Part shown: positions 22,101 through 30,317 of the stretch, piece after piece
Numbering within the stretch: the first letter of the stretch is position 1
Layout: each line of letters opens with the position of its first letter
Source of the DNA: Pseudomonadales bacterium
GTDB lineage: Bacteria; Pseudomonadota; Gammaproteobacteria; Pseudomonadales; Azotimanducaceae
Length of the DNA: 64,000 nucleotides
Direction of reading: 5' to 3'
NCBI GenBank assembly: GCA_965116055.1
Contig: OZ220466.1
Coordinates: 689,907-753,906 of the forward strand
The notes under the pieces: model-generated
The model's database searches: none
The model's input: the letters and a program-made list of their open reading frames with translations, nothing else
What the model was told of the DNA's origin: nothing
Program-made: the position numbers and the translations under genes

Positions 22101-23937
22101 CCGCAGGCGCTGCGATCTGATTGCGCTTCGTCGAGGGGCGAACGAGTCATTTCGTATCACCTGTATTGAAGTCAAGACAACTGGGGAATCAATCCTTTCT
22201 GACGAGACAGCATTGATTGGTTATGCGGCTGACCAGATCGAGCGTACGGCGGCGGTACTGTCGAGCGCGGTTGGCGAGTCGGGGCCGTTCGCGGCACCGC
22301 GCTTGGAAATGTTGAAAGAGGTCTTGGTGAGGGCGGCATCAAGCCGCTGGGGCGAGGAGCAGGACGATGTCGCTCAGCGCAAGATCTGGGGTCCGCTGCT
22401 CAAGGACCTGCTCGGGGACGGTCCCGAACCGTCGGTCGTGCGGGTGGACGGCGAGATCGTCATCGTGAAACTGCGCTCAACGGAGCCGGCCCGGGTGAGG
22501 CCACTCAGGGGGAGAGAGATCCCGCTTTCAGTCAGGACAATAAACGAGAAGGAGGCGGAGTTCCTGTTCGACAATGATTTCGTAACCGAGGCTCCGCCGG
22601 AAGGCGCGGATTCGGACGGCGATGCTTCAGATGCAGAACAGAGGGGCGGGCATAATTCGCCCAGTGAAGAGGCGCCGCTACCGGCTGAACGTGCTTCTAA
22701 ACCGGAATCGGGATTGCGTGATGGTTACGGGACCAGGGATACGGCGACTGAAACAGGCGGGGATGAGCCATCGTTGATCGCTGCCGATGCGGCGGCCGGG
22801 AGAAAACGTCGGGACGGGACGGAGGTGCCGACGACCTCGGCGGTCGTCGACCGCGCGAACGAAGCAGTTGTCGAAGGGGAGGGGGTGAGCGCGGGTTCGG
22901 TCTGGCCGCCGCGCGTGAACGCGCTGGGGATGGTCGGACAATACGAAATCGCCCAAGAACTGGACAATCAAGCGCGCAAGGCAAGGGGCTGGGGCGAGAG
23001 GTTCCTGGACAAGTTGTTCGTCGGGCCCGCCGGCGTTGGCAAAACGACGCTCGCCCGTCGGATCGCTGAACGACTGCTTCAGCTAGAACCGATCGTGTTC
23101 AACGGCGCAGATCTTCGCCGGCCGGACATGATCGTGGAGCGACTGATGGAGGCCGGCAAGGCACCGGGCACCGGCGGACGCAGCGTTGAGGTCACAGTCG
23201 CCCCCTGCCTAATCTTCATAGACGAGGTGCATGCGGTTGCAAGCCAGGTTTCGACAGTTCTACTCAGCGCGTTAGACGAGCGGCGTAGCACCACGATCGG
23301 AAATGTGGTTTACAGTTTTGAGGATGTCGTGTTCCTGCTGGCGACCACGGATCCGGGTAGGCTCTCGGAGGCGTTCCAGAGCCGGCCGGACAAGACGATC
23401 CTGCGGTCTTACACGCTCGAGGAGGTGGCCGGGATTGTCTGGCTCCACTCCGTGGAGACGCTTGAGCAAACGGGCCTCAGCCGCGAGACCTGTATTGAGA
23501 TTGCGGCGCGCATGCAGTGCAGCCCGCGGCCGAGTGTCAACATCCTCAAGCCACTGGTGGCGAGTTTCTACGGCACAGCAGAGTACGGGCTGGGACGCGT
23601 GCCGACCAAGGAAGAAGTCGCGGACCTGATGAACACGGGTGCCGTGGCGAGGTGGTTCGAAGATACACAGGGCATTGACCGAAACGGCCTTACCTCGGTG
23701 CATGTGGAATATCTCAAGCTGCTACAGATCCGCGGTACCTCGGCGGAGGAAGAGATTCGCCGGGCGCTCGGAATCTCGAACCGGGCCGACTTCGTGATCG
23801 TATCGGAGTATCTGACCCGTCTCGACCTGATCCGCGTCGGACCTGGCGGTCGAGGTCTGACCTCCGATGGCAGGCGTTATCTCAACGCGTCGTCTCCGCC
23901 TGACTTCCGCGACAGGATCTCACGTCGCATTGCCTGA
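19162..23937 (+). CDS. Island gene D: 1591-aa multidomain protein (large unknown N-region, PD-(D/E)xK-like motif, acidic disordered linker, complete RuvB-like AAA+ ATPase with C-terminal winged helix)
   Basis: The nuclease-like motif is CDLIALRRGANESFRITCIEVKTT (D985...E1003-x-K1005, nt 22114-22176). The RuvB-like part begins at PPRVNALGMVGQYEIAQEL. It has Walker A FVGPAGVGKTTLARRIAE (nt 23023-23046), Walker B CLIFIDEVHAV (D1354 E1355) and sensor-1 FLLATTDPGRLSEAFQSRPD. The C-terminal block GIDRNGLTSVHVEYLKLL...ALGISNRADFVIVSEYLTRLDLIRVGPGGRGLTSDGRRYL mirrors the RuvB C-domain consensus (GLD..D..yL..l...G....iA.alg......e.v.EPyLi..g.i.RTpRGR..T). Confidence 0.8.
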   Translation: MARTAASLVSEALASWILSRLGHENDFAREGLPEFDIPCLMQALSEGGLPAGRFSLALVGFETTEEEVRALADANGLSALAGVTLDLHVATEWRNDRNRHPRIVALALGYNPGVHGLRFFSRASSGELAAILLGWAENASEFTTTPQHQELLKTLRLARGLGSVRSLEGVAAFLAEWSKGGDGAIGRPRDVLPALGLLRDPRLFEADDLAKRLEHNLRVGESVTIMSPGDIRQRRKRATHYRDAETAELVTQALDRLEAHRRGDPDAGLTLEDADRLMSLPVDPPPASCSETDEPDISDEHDDAEEKDEPRLHEMAVDALLEGRDEDLAAIGELLEAAWEEFRRNGDLLVSSQETSQGVARLEEHVDPKVIDWVAAFCCEDRYGGLIETDIDDLSQALARYTEFDPLFLDPGAIWKHDGVSYSIEELLKGWDKVDAVAEARPRLIAAMWRDFVAARTSLAKGGMTSPLLIHPREWLDTHPETRDFCARYLAVATELYKAIQQNYRAVWDQSPEWAQATLDAILSLDLVQVRIAGLDGGFSAKAVMLPLHPLHLWRYQRFGEILRDLSRTGPMSEGDKKVVIEELRRPEHFVSVIRTGATPEGRGLNQLLPVANQIRGLATFENLHNAISSADGMETLVLALNRFVMLYPNHPRPLRLTLVNPPEPARLLERLTKFLNERQNIGGRLPALKVTVVATAGHRDRLTAMSVLESKAQDLVYEQVSAGRLDLRVERDSFENLDRLVTEVLSKRPQHLVAIFDESAVSVKRRRVERLLPMSPFCVRNEIVIDRMLGDISLSPHPGEPPFSDFVMMIHEFEQEQRDSTMVASADADRLRSTIDDLLIGERAPARWVLLADRALPPESGMTSIRLLQRREGHRQVLLSAADYGRLSTLMRAAFSNCNLTITNEGLGHVLRQGVNLVGAGLLDMIKKQSGLPDKSLVLGFVGMLLAARHVRSEDPHALVASVDGSVARLWLKLSPVGDRRRCDLIALRRGANESFRITCIEVKTTGESILSDETALIGYAADQIERTAAVLSSAVGESGPFAAPRLEMLKEVLVRAASSRWGEEQDDVAQRKIWGPLLKDLLGDGPEPSVVRVDGEIVIVKLRSTEPARVRPLRGREIPLSVRTINEKEAEFLFDNDFVTEAPPEGADSDGDASDAEQRGGHNSPSEEAPLPAERASKPESGLRDGYGTRDTATETGGDEPSLIAADAAAGRKRRDGTEVPTTSAVVDRANEAVVEGEGVSAGSVWPPRVNALGMVGQYEIAQELDNQARKARGWGERFLDKLFVGPAGVGKTTLARRIAERLLQLEPIVFNGADLRRPDMIVERLMEAGKAPGTGGRSVEVTVAPCLIFIDEVHAVASQVSTVLLSALDERRSTTIGNVVYSFEDVVFLLATTDPGRLSEAFQSRPDKTILRSYTLEEVAGIVWLHSVETLEQTGLSRETCIEIAARMQCSPRPSVNILKPLVASFYGTAEYGLGRVPTKEEVADLMNTGAVARWFEDTQGIDRNGLTSVHVEYLKLLQIRGTSAEEEIRRALGISNRADFVIVSEYLTRLDLIRVGPGGRGLTSDGRRYLNASSPPDFRDRISRRIA

Positions 23938-24114
23938 AGCGTTTTGGCTCGGCGGGATTTGTTGGCGTAAGGGAGGCGACGAAGAGGGTGTAAATCTCGT
24001 ATGGCGATGACGGTTTGGGTCTGACATCCGGGATTCATGCGGCGCGTCTGGTAAGGTACAACACTCTCGGCATCGCGCTACCGTGACAAAATCCAGCTTT
24101 GGACCCACAGATTG

Positions 24115-25010
24115 TCACCAAACCCCGTAATCGGGAACCCGAGAAGGCTCTTGTGTTGTTATATGTGTATCTTGTCCGACATGCTCGACAATAAAGTTCG
24201 TTTCGATGGTGTTGTCGGCAATAAGCTGATCTTCAAGGTCGTTCGACGGCGGAAGCGTTTCGAAATGTCTGGCTAGGTCTTCCTCACTAAACCCGCGCTT
24301 CAGGATGCCCTTTTGAACTTCTCGGCCTCTTGATCGACATCCACGATCATGTGCCAGGGATTTCAAAGGTCTCCACCAATGCCGGATAGATCCCGGCATT
24401 ACCGCTCTGCTTGAAGTCGACAACGGCGACGCCGTGTGTATCAAGAGGCCAGCCTAGATCTTTGCCGAGCGCATGTACAAAGAGGTATTCGGTAACGCCT
24501 TCGACAAGAAGCTAGCGGCGGGCGAAGAAGATTTCTCCGCGGACACGCCGTCCATGAAAACCGAGTTCTTCTTCATCCTCGGTCGTCGGGAGAATGCGGC
24601 CTTGGTGACGAAGGCGGCGGATCGCTTCGGCGCGTTCATGACGGTCGGGATCGCGCTGATAGCACTCGAAAGGCGATCAGACATGGTCATGTCGAACCAG
24701 ATCGTACCGCCACGCTCTTGGTCGGAATGCCTTGCAAGAAGATTTGGTCGCCTGATGCCGCGATGAACGCATCATGACTGTCGTTCCAAGGCAGCTCGGA
24801 AACGATATACGGCGGTAGTAAGGAAAATTCGGCACAGCCACCCGCAACCGAACCAGCCTGATGTCGCGCAACGGCACATTCTGGACAAAATACGGGGAGT
24901 AGGTCGTCATGACTTTCTGACCGGATAACTCCTGCACACGCTCCCACAATTTGTGCGCCGCTTGCGGGTGGAGATGAACCGCCGGTTCCTTTATAGCGAA
25001 AAAAAGAAAG
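24115..25010 (-). pseudogene. OLD-family (ABC-type ATPase + Toprim) nuclease remnant, 5'-truncated and frameshifted
   Basis: Four frame segments read on the minus strand. (1) FAIKEPAVHLHPQAAHKLWERVQELSGQKVMTTYSPYFV is the Walker-B/D-loop/H-loop region of OLD/AAA_15-type ATPases (consensus IEEPE.HLHP....TTHSP). (2) LLVEGVTEYLFVHALGKDLGWPLDTHGVAVVDFKQSGN carries the Toprim Glu. (3) IPWHMIVDVDQEAEKF carries the Toprim DxD. (4) The C-terminal tail. In-frame stops and frameshifts separate the segments. The Walker A half is absent. Confidence 0.72.
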
Positions 25011-25096
25011 CGGTTAGGTTTCCATATTGGAGCGCGTGAGATACGTGCACTTCCTCTACGAGGCAGACTAACGGTAAAACTTATAATTTAGGCGCT

Positions 25097-25173
25097 TGCG
25101 GGGTGGAGCAGTCTGGTAGCTTGTTGGGCTCATAACCCAAAGGTCGTAGGTTCAAATCCTACCCCCGCAACCA
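25097..25173 (+). tRNA. metY: tRNA-Met (CAU), initiator type (metY-like)
   Basis: The 77-nt sequence TGCGGGGTGGAGCAGTCTGGTAGCTTGTTGGGCTCATAACCCAAAGGTCGTAGGTTCAAATCCTACCCCCGCAACCA aligns base-for-base with E. coli tRNA-fMet. It has three consecutive G:C pairs in the anticodon stem and A11:U24. It lies upstream of rimP-nusA-infB, as metY does in E. coli. Confidence 0.9.
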
Positions 25174-25606
25174 CTTCGGTTAAGACGCCGAGCGGCAGTG
25201 CAGGCGTTAAAACCCCTTTTCGGAAGATGTCCAATTGACCTCTATTGGTTTTTCGGCATACTCAACGGCGATGTCATCTAATCGCCCGATCACATCAAAC
25301 CCAATCTAACGCGTGGTTGCTCACTTCTTCCTTATAATCCTTAGTACTCAGATTCGGTGCTGAATGCTTCCGGGTATTACGATGGGAGTCTTGAGCTTGG
25401 TCTGGTATGCGTAGGTCGCCATACATTGCGACGACTGTCCTACATTAACGGCGTTTGACAGCCTGCGGATCGTTTAAGTCACGTCCCCGCATCAGCAAGG
25501 CTGGGAGGTGAGATATTCGTTTATTTGGCGACCTGATGCAGATTGATCGCTTTGCCTCGGTCGTTATACGACGAATTGCGCACGGTTTACCTCGGGGAGA
25601 CGTGCG

Positions 25607-26068
25607 TTGATCGGGCCGCGCGTAGCGTTCATATATGAGCTGGTGAAACCAACAGTAAACCATCTCGGATTTGAACTTTGGGGAGTTGAACAAACAGGAG
25701 TAGGACGTCACAAGCGGATATGCATCTTTATTGATGCTCCACAAGGCATTTCAATATCAGATTGCGAGATGGTGAGCCAGCAGCTGGAGACACTACTTGC
25801 AGTAGAGGATGCAGTTGCTGGGACATACGACTTGGAAGTCTCGTCGCCTGGCATTGATCGCTTGTTATTCACGAAGAATCAGTACGGTCGCTATCTGGAT
25901 TCCAAGCTTGACTTGCGGTTGCATATGCCGATTGATGGGAGTAGGCACTTGCGAGGGATATTGCAATCAGTTGCGGCAGATTCATTTGCTCTTCTTGTCG
26001 GGAACGAATTGAAAGCTATCCCTTTCGTGCAAGTGCGTCGTGCTCGTCTGGTTCCTAATTTCGAGTAA
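25607..26068 (+). CDS. rimP: Ribosome maturation factor RimP
   Basis: 153 aa. LGFELWGVE...ICIFID...GISISDCEMVSQQL...YDLEVSSPGIDR match RimP. Located immediately upstream of nusA. TTG start as given by the ORF track. Confidence 0.88.
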   Translation: MIGPRVAFIYELVKPTVNHLGFELWGVEQTGVGRHKRICIFIDAPQGISISDCEMVSQQLETLLAVEDAVAGTYDLEVSSPGIDRLLFTKNQYGRYLDSKLDLRLHMPIDGSRHLRGILQSVAADSFALLVGNELKAIPFVQVRRARLVPNFE

Positions 26069-26082
26069 CCGCAGAGAGTCAT

Positions 26083-27687
26083 ATGGGGTTTAAAGAAGTA
26101 AAGAGTGCGGTCGAATCGATCGCCAACGAGAAAGGTATTCAGGAAAACGTTGTATTCGAGGCGATCGAATCGGCATTATCGGTTGCGACGAAGCGAAGGC
26201 ACGGCCCCGAGAAAGAGTTCCGCGTCGCGATTGATTGGGAACACGACAAACAATCAACTTTTCGTATCTGGCACGTTGTCGACCCCGACGATATGCCTTT
26301 CTATGTACAAGAAGATCAATCTGGCGACAAACTGGAGGAAGAACGGATTCCATTTAATCCAGATGCCCATCTAACCCTGGCGCAAGCACGTGAACGATCT
26401 CCTTCGCTGGAAATCGGTCAGTCTTGGGAAGAACCCCATGAAAATGTCAATATGGGTCGTATCGTTGCGCAGATCTCCAAGCAAGTCATCAACCAGGAAG
26501 TTCGTCGCGCCGAACGAGAGCGCATCATTGCTGAATATCGACCGAAAATTGGTGAACTGATCACAGGAAAAGTATCGCGCTTTTTAACTAACAATAAGAC
26601 GAAAGAAACCAGGTCGGTGATACTGGAACTGCCGCAAATGGCAGAAGGTCGCCTTGACCGCGAAAACTTGATTCCTATTGGCGATGGCAAGCGTGAGATC
26701 CTTCATAAAGACGACCAAGTTAAAGCCTATCTTTTGGATGTCACGGCCGAGGATCGGGGCCAGAATCTCATTTTGTCGCGAACTGATGACGGCATGTTGG
26801 TGGAGTTGTTCAAGCGCGAGATTCCTGAAGTCCATGAGGATGTGATCAAAATTCGAGGCGTCGCGCGTTCGCCAGGACGCCGTGCGAAAGTTGCGGTGAG
26901 TACGAACGACCAGCGCATTGACGCGGTGGGCTCATGCGTTGGAATTAAAGGTTCTCGCATTCAAAGCATCTCAAGCGAGATTTGCGGCGAGAAGATTGAT
27001 GTTTTCTTGTGGTCCGAAGATCCGGCCGAATTCGTTCTTAATGCGATGGCGCCTGCTCGTATCCAACGTATTGAAATAGACGAAGAGTCGCATGCAATGG
27101 ACCTAGTAGTCGAAGAACACCAGAGCGGTTCTGCCATTGGTGAGCACGGCATGAATGTCCGGCTAGCTTCCGAGATCACGGGGTGGACGTTAAAGGTCGT
27201 CACACGCGAGAAGTACGATGAAAAAGTTCTACGACAAGAAAATTACACGGTCAATCGCTTCGTTAAAGCGCTGGAGATTGAAAACAAGGTAGCCAAGGAT
27301 TTGTTCGATGCAGGTTATGTCAATTTAGAGCAAGTTGGAGAAGCGACGACGGAGGAGCTTGCGCTTGCATCAAGATCGCTTGATGCCGGAACGGCACAAG
27401 TGATGATTGATCGTGCAGGTGATATCCTGCTTGACGAAGTGCTATCGGGCGAAACGAAAGAAGGTACCGCCGTACCAGCTGACGATTTGCGTTATATGAA
27501 AGGGATGGACGATGTATTAGCGAGCCTCTTGGCGGCTAACGGTGTCGTCACGATGGATGATTTAGCTGAGCTTTCGATTGACGAGTTGCTTGACATAGAC
27601 GAGACGATCGAAGAGAAACGTGCGGGTGAACTCATTGTTACGGCGCGTAGACCATGGTTCGAAGACGAAAAAGCAAGCAACGGTTGA
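26083..27687 (+). CDS. nusA: Transcription termination/antitermination factor NusA
   Basis: N-terminal RNAP-binding domain, S1 and KH1/KH2 (VGSCVGIKGSRIQSIS), plus duplicated acidic C-terminal HhH repeats typical of gammaproteobacterial NusA. Confidence 0.96.
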   Translation: MGFKEVKSAVESIANEKGIQENVVFEAIESALSVATKRRHGPEKEFRVAIDWEHDKQSTFRIWHVVDPDDMPFYVQEDQSGDKLEEERIPFNPDAHLTLAQARERSPSLEIGQSWEEPHENVNMGRIVAQISKQVINQEVRRAERERIIAEYRPKIGELITGKVSRFLTNNKTKETRSVILELPQMAEGRLDRENLIPIGDGKREILHKDDQVKAYLLDVTAEDRGQNLILSRTDDGMLVELFKREIPEVHEDVIKIRGVARSPGRRAKVAVSTNDQRIDAVGSCVGIKGSRIQSISSEICGEKIDVFLWSEDPAEFVLNAMAPARIQRIEIDEESHAMDLVVEEHQSGSAIGEHGMNVRLASEITGWTLKVVTREKYDEKVLRQENYTVNRFVKALEIENKVAKDLFDAGYVNLEQVGEATTEELALASRSLDAGTAQVMIDRAGDILLDEVLSGETKEGTAVPADDLRYMKGMDDVLASLLAANGVVTMDDLAELSIDELLDIDETIEEKRAGELIVTARRPWFEDEKASNG

Positions 27688-27716
27688 TTGCCACAATTGC
27701 AGAGGTAACTGTCTAA

Positions 27717-30317
27717 ATGCCCACTCGTACGGTAACGCAAGTCGCAGCGAGTTTTAAGAAGACGCCCGCTGAGGTCGTCAAACTGGCAACTGAGTTAGGG
27801 ATTGATTGTTCCGATACGAATGCGGAGCTTGATTTATCTGCGATTAAAGCTCTAGGTGCTGCGATTAAAGGTGGTAAGAGCGTACCGGTCGCTCCTAAGC
27901 CGACTCATCCGCCTCGCGTTGCTGCAGAACATCAGATTCAGCGTAAACAAAACGCGAGTTCGCGTGTGAACCGCAATCAAATGTACGGCGGTCGCACGAA
28001 TAGTGGTGCGGCGACGGTGGTTGTGAAGATGGGAGCAGGTCGGAGTGCTCCAGCAACTGCACGGAGTGATGCCACTGCACCGCCAGGCCAGCGAAGCGGA
28101 CTGACTCGAGCGCGGGACGCGAGCAGTGAGCTCAAACGTCAGGCGGCTCAGATTCGCGAAGAACAAGAACGTCGCCGCGAAGCGGAACGACAAGATCAGG
28201 AAGAGCGTGAGCGACGGCTTCAAGCTCGTAAAAACGAAGAGCAACGCAAGCGCGAAGCTGAAGAAGCGAAACGACGCAAAGAGGAACGCGCAAAGCAACA
28301 GAAAACTCTCCAGCCTGCGAAATCGGAGCCGGAACGTGCGACGCGCCCGGTCAAACAAAAAGACACGCCTTCGCGAGGTTGGCAACGCGGCAACGTTAAT
28401 CGCGCTGGCGGGCGAAACGGCCGGCGCAGTGGATTGCGGGAGTTTACGAAAGGCGAAGACGATCGTAGTCGAGTACCGCGCGCCGGACGGCGTCGAGGTC
28501 CGATCAGACCTCTTGATCGGGTTTCGGATCTGGAACAAGGTGGTGGGTTTCAACGGCCGGAAGCGTTCGTCGTGCGCGAGGTCGAAATCGGCGAGTCCAT
28601 TGCGGTTGGTCATCTCGCGCAAGCGATGTCGATTAAGGCGACTGAACTTATCAAGAAGTTGATGGACCTCGGTGTGATGGTCACGATCAATGCAGTGTTG
28701 GATCAAGACACGGCATCCTTGATCGTAGAAGAGTTCGGACACAAAGTTAAGTTAGCTACCACCCAAGAAGAAGAGCTCATTGAAGCCACCAAGGTCGAAG
28801 GCGAGGAGTTTCCTCGCCCGCCCGTCGTTACGGTGATGGGGCACGTTGATCATGGAAAGACATCTCTACTTGACTACATTCGTAAAACGAAAGTCGCTGC
28901 AGGCGAAGCAGGCGGTATTACGCAACACATAGGCGCATACCACCTAACGACAGCCCATGGTGAGATCACGTTTCTTGACACACCAGGCCACGCTGCGTTT
29001 TCCGCAATGCGCGCCCGTGGTGCTCATTCGACTGATATTGTCGTGTTAGTCTGTGCGGCCAACGATGGTGTCATGCCACAGACGCAGGAAGCTGTCAATC
29101 ACGCACAAGCGGCAGACGTACCGATGGTGGTTGCGGTCAATAAGATCGACCTTGATAGCGCCGATCCGCAACGCGTGCGCGGTGAATTAGCAAGACTTGA
29201 GGTTATTCCTGAAGAATTCGGCGGGACAACGCAATTCATCAACGTTTCCGCGGAGACAGGCGAAGGTATTGATGATCTCCTGGAAGCGATTTCCGCCCAA
29301 GCGGAAATACTCGAGTTGAAAGCTGTTCCTGAAGCAGCGGGGCGCGGGTTGGTTATCGAATCGAAACTTGAACGTGGCCGCGGCGCCGTCGTCTCGCTAT
29401 TGGTGCAAAACGGCACGCTGAAACAAGGCGATGTCGTTATCGCCGGCGAATACTACGGGAAAGTTCGCTCACTCGTGGACGATCAAGGCCGCAAGATTAA
29501 GAGCGCTGGTCCAGCGATCCCGGTCGAGGTTCTTGGTTTCAATGGCACGCCCGAAGCTGGCGAAGGTTTCTCGGTTTCACCGGATGAAAGACAGGCGCGC
29601 CAGCTTGCCGAAACCCGAGCGCATAAGAGTCAAAAACAACAACATCAGATTCAGCAGAAAGCCCGTTTGGACGATATGTTCAAGCATTTGGGTAAAGGCG
29701 AGAAACGCGTGCTCCATGTGGTTTTGAAGGCCGATGTGAGAGGTTCACTGGAAGCCATTACACATGCATTTGGCGAGATTGGCAACGACGAAGTCTCAGT
29801 ACAGGTACTTGGTTCCGGGATTGGTGGAATCAACGAATCGGACATCAATATGGCGTTGACCTACGACGCCATGGTCTTCGGCTTCAATGTACGGGCTGAT
29901 AAACCAGCGAAAGCGTTGATTGATCGCAATCGCATGGAAGTGCGCTACTATCAAGTGATTTACGAATTGCTTGACGATGTTAAAGCGATGCTCTCTGATA
30001 TGTTGATACCGGAAGAGCGCGAGGAAATCGTCGGTACGGCCGAAGTGCGCGAGGTCTTTACGTCACCTCGTTTCGGTCAGGTTGCGGGCTGTTTGGTAGT
30101 GGAAGGTACGGTATTTCGCAACAAGAGAATCCGTGTGTTGCGCGATAACACCGTTATTTACGAAGGCGAGCTTGAATCTTTGCGTCGTTTCAAAGACGAT
30201 GTTCAGGAAGTGAACAATGGCATTGAGTGCGGTATCGGCGTTCGGAATTACAACGATGTACGTCAGGGCGATTTAATTGAGGTATACGAAACTCGACAAG
30301 TCGCGCGCGCGTTGTGA
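27717..30317 (+). CDS. infB: Translation initiation factor IF-2
   Basis: Charged R/E/K-rich N-region. GTPase motifs [19 protein letters not shown] and NKID. C-terminal IF2 domains. Confidence 0.97.
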   Translation: MPTRTVTQVAASFKKTPAEVVKLATELGIDCSDTNAELDLSAIKALGAAIKGGKSVPVAPKPTHPPRVAAEHQIQRKQNASSRVNRNQMYGGRTNSGAATVVVKMGAGRSAPATARSDATAPPGQRSGLTRARDASSELKRQAAQIREEQERRREAERQDQEERERRLQARKNEEQRKREAEEAKRRKEERAKQQKTLQPAKSEPERATRPVKQKDTPSRGWQRGNVNRAGGRNGRRSGLREFTKGEDDRSRVPRAGRRRGPIRPLDRVSDLEQGGGFQRPEAFVVREVEIGESIAVGHLAQAMSIKATELIKKLMDLGVMVTINAVLDQDTASLIVEEFGHKVKLATTQEEELIEATKVEGEEFPRPPVVTVMGHVDHGKTSLLDYIRKTKVAAGEAGGITQHIGAYHLTTAHGEITFLDTPGHAAFSAMRARGAHSTDIVVLVCAANDGVMPQTQEAVNHAQAADVPMVVAVNKIDLDSADPQRVRGELARLEVIPEEFGGTTQFINVSAETGEGIDDLLEAISAQAEILELKAVPEAAGRGLVIESKLERGRGAVVSLLVQNGTLKQGDVVIAGEYYGKVRSLVDDQGRKIKSAGPAIPVEVLGFNGTPEAGEGFSVSPDERQARQLAETRAHKSQKQQHQIQQKARLDDMFKHLGKGEKRVLHVVLKADVRGSLEAITHAFGEIGNDEVSVQVLGSGIGGINESDINMALTYDAMVFGFNVRADKPAKALIDRNRMEVRYYQVIYELLDDVKAMLSDMLIPEEREEIVGTAEVREVFTSPRFGQVAGCLVVEGTVFRNKRIRVLRDNTVIYEGELESLRRFKDDVQEVNNGIECGIGVRNYNDVRQGDLIEVYETRQVARAL

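Larger units (their letters stand above)
13640..25010. mobile_element. Degenerate tRNA-Leu-associated genomic island (high G+C, integrase truncated, no attR seen)
   Basis: G+C jumps abruptly: a sample line at 19201 is 37/60 G+C versus 30/60 at 9001. It begins right after the tRNA-Leu 3' end with an integrase fragment. It ends about 90 nt before the tRNA-fMet that directly follows tRNA-Leu in related genomes. The cargo is defence-type. Confidence 0.8.

Noticed and set aside
25445-25744. 99-aa minus-strand ORF in the tRNA-fMet/rimP spacer
   Set aside because: It overlaps the rimP start on the opposite strand, and has no motif and no ribosome-binding context. It is most likely spurious. The spacer itself remains unannotated.
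27852-28742. 296-aa minus-strand ORF inside infB
   Set aside because: It is the antisense of the charged R/E/K-rich N-terminal region of IF-2. The sense frame is unambiguous.
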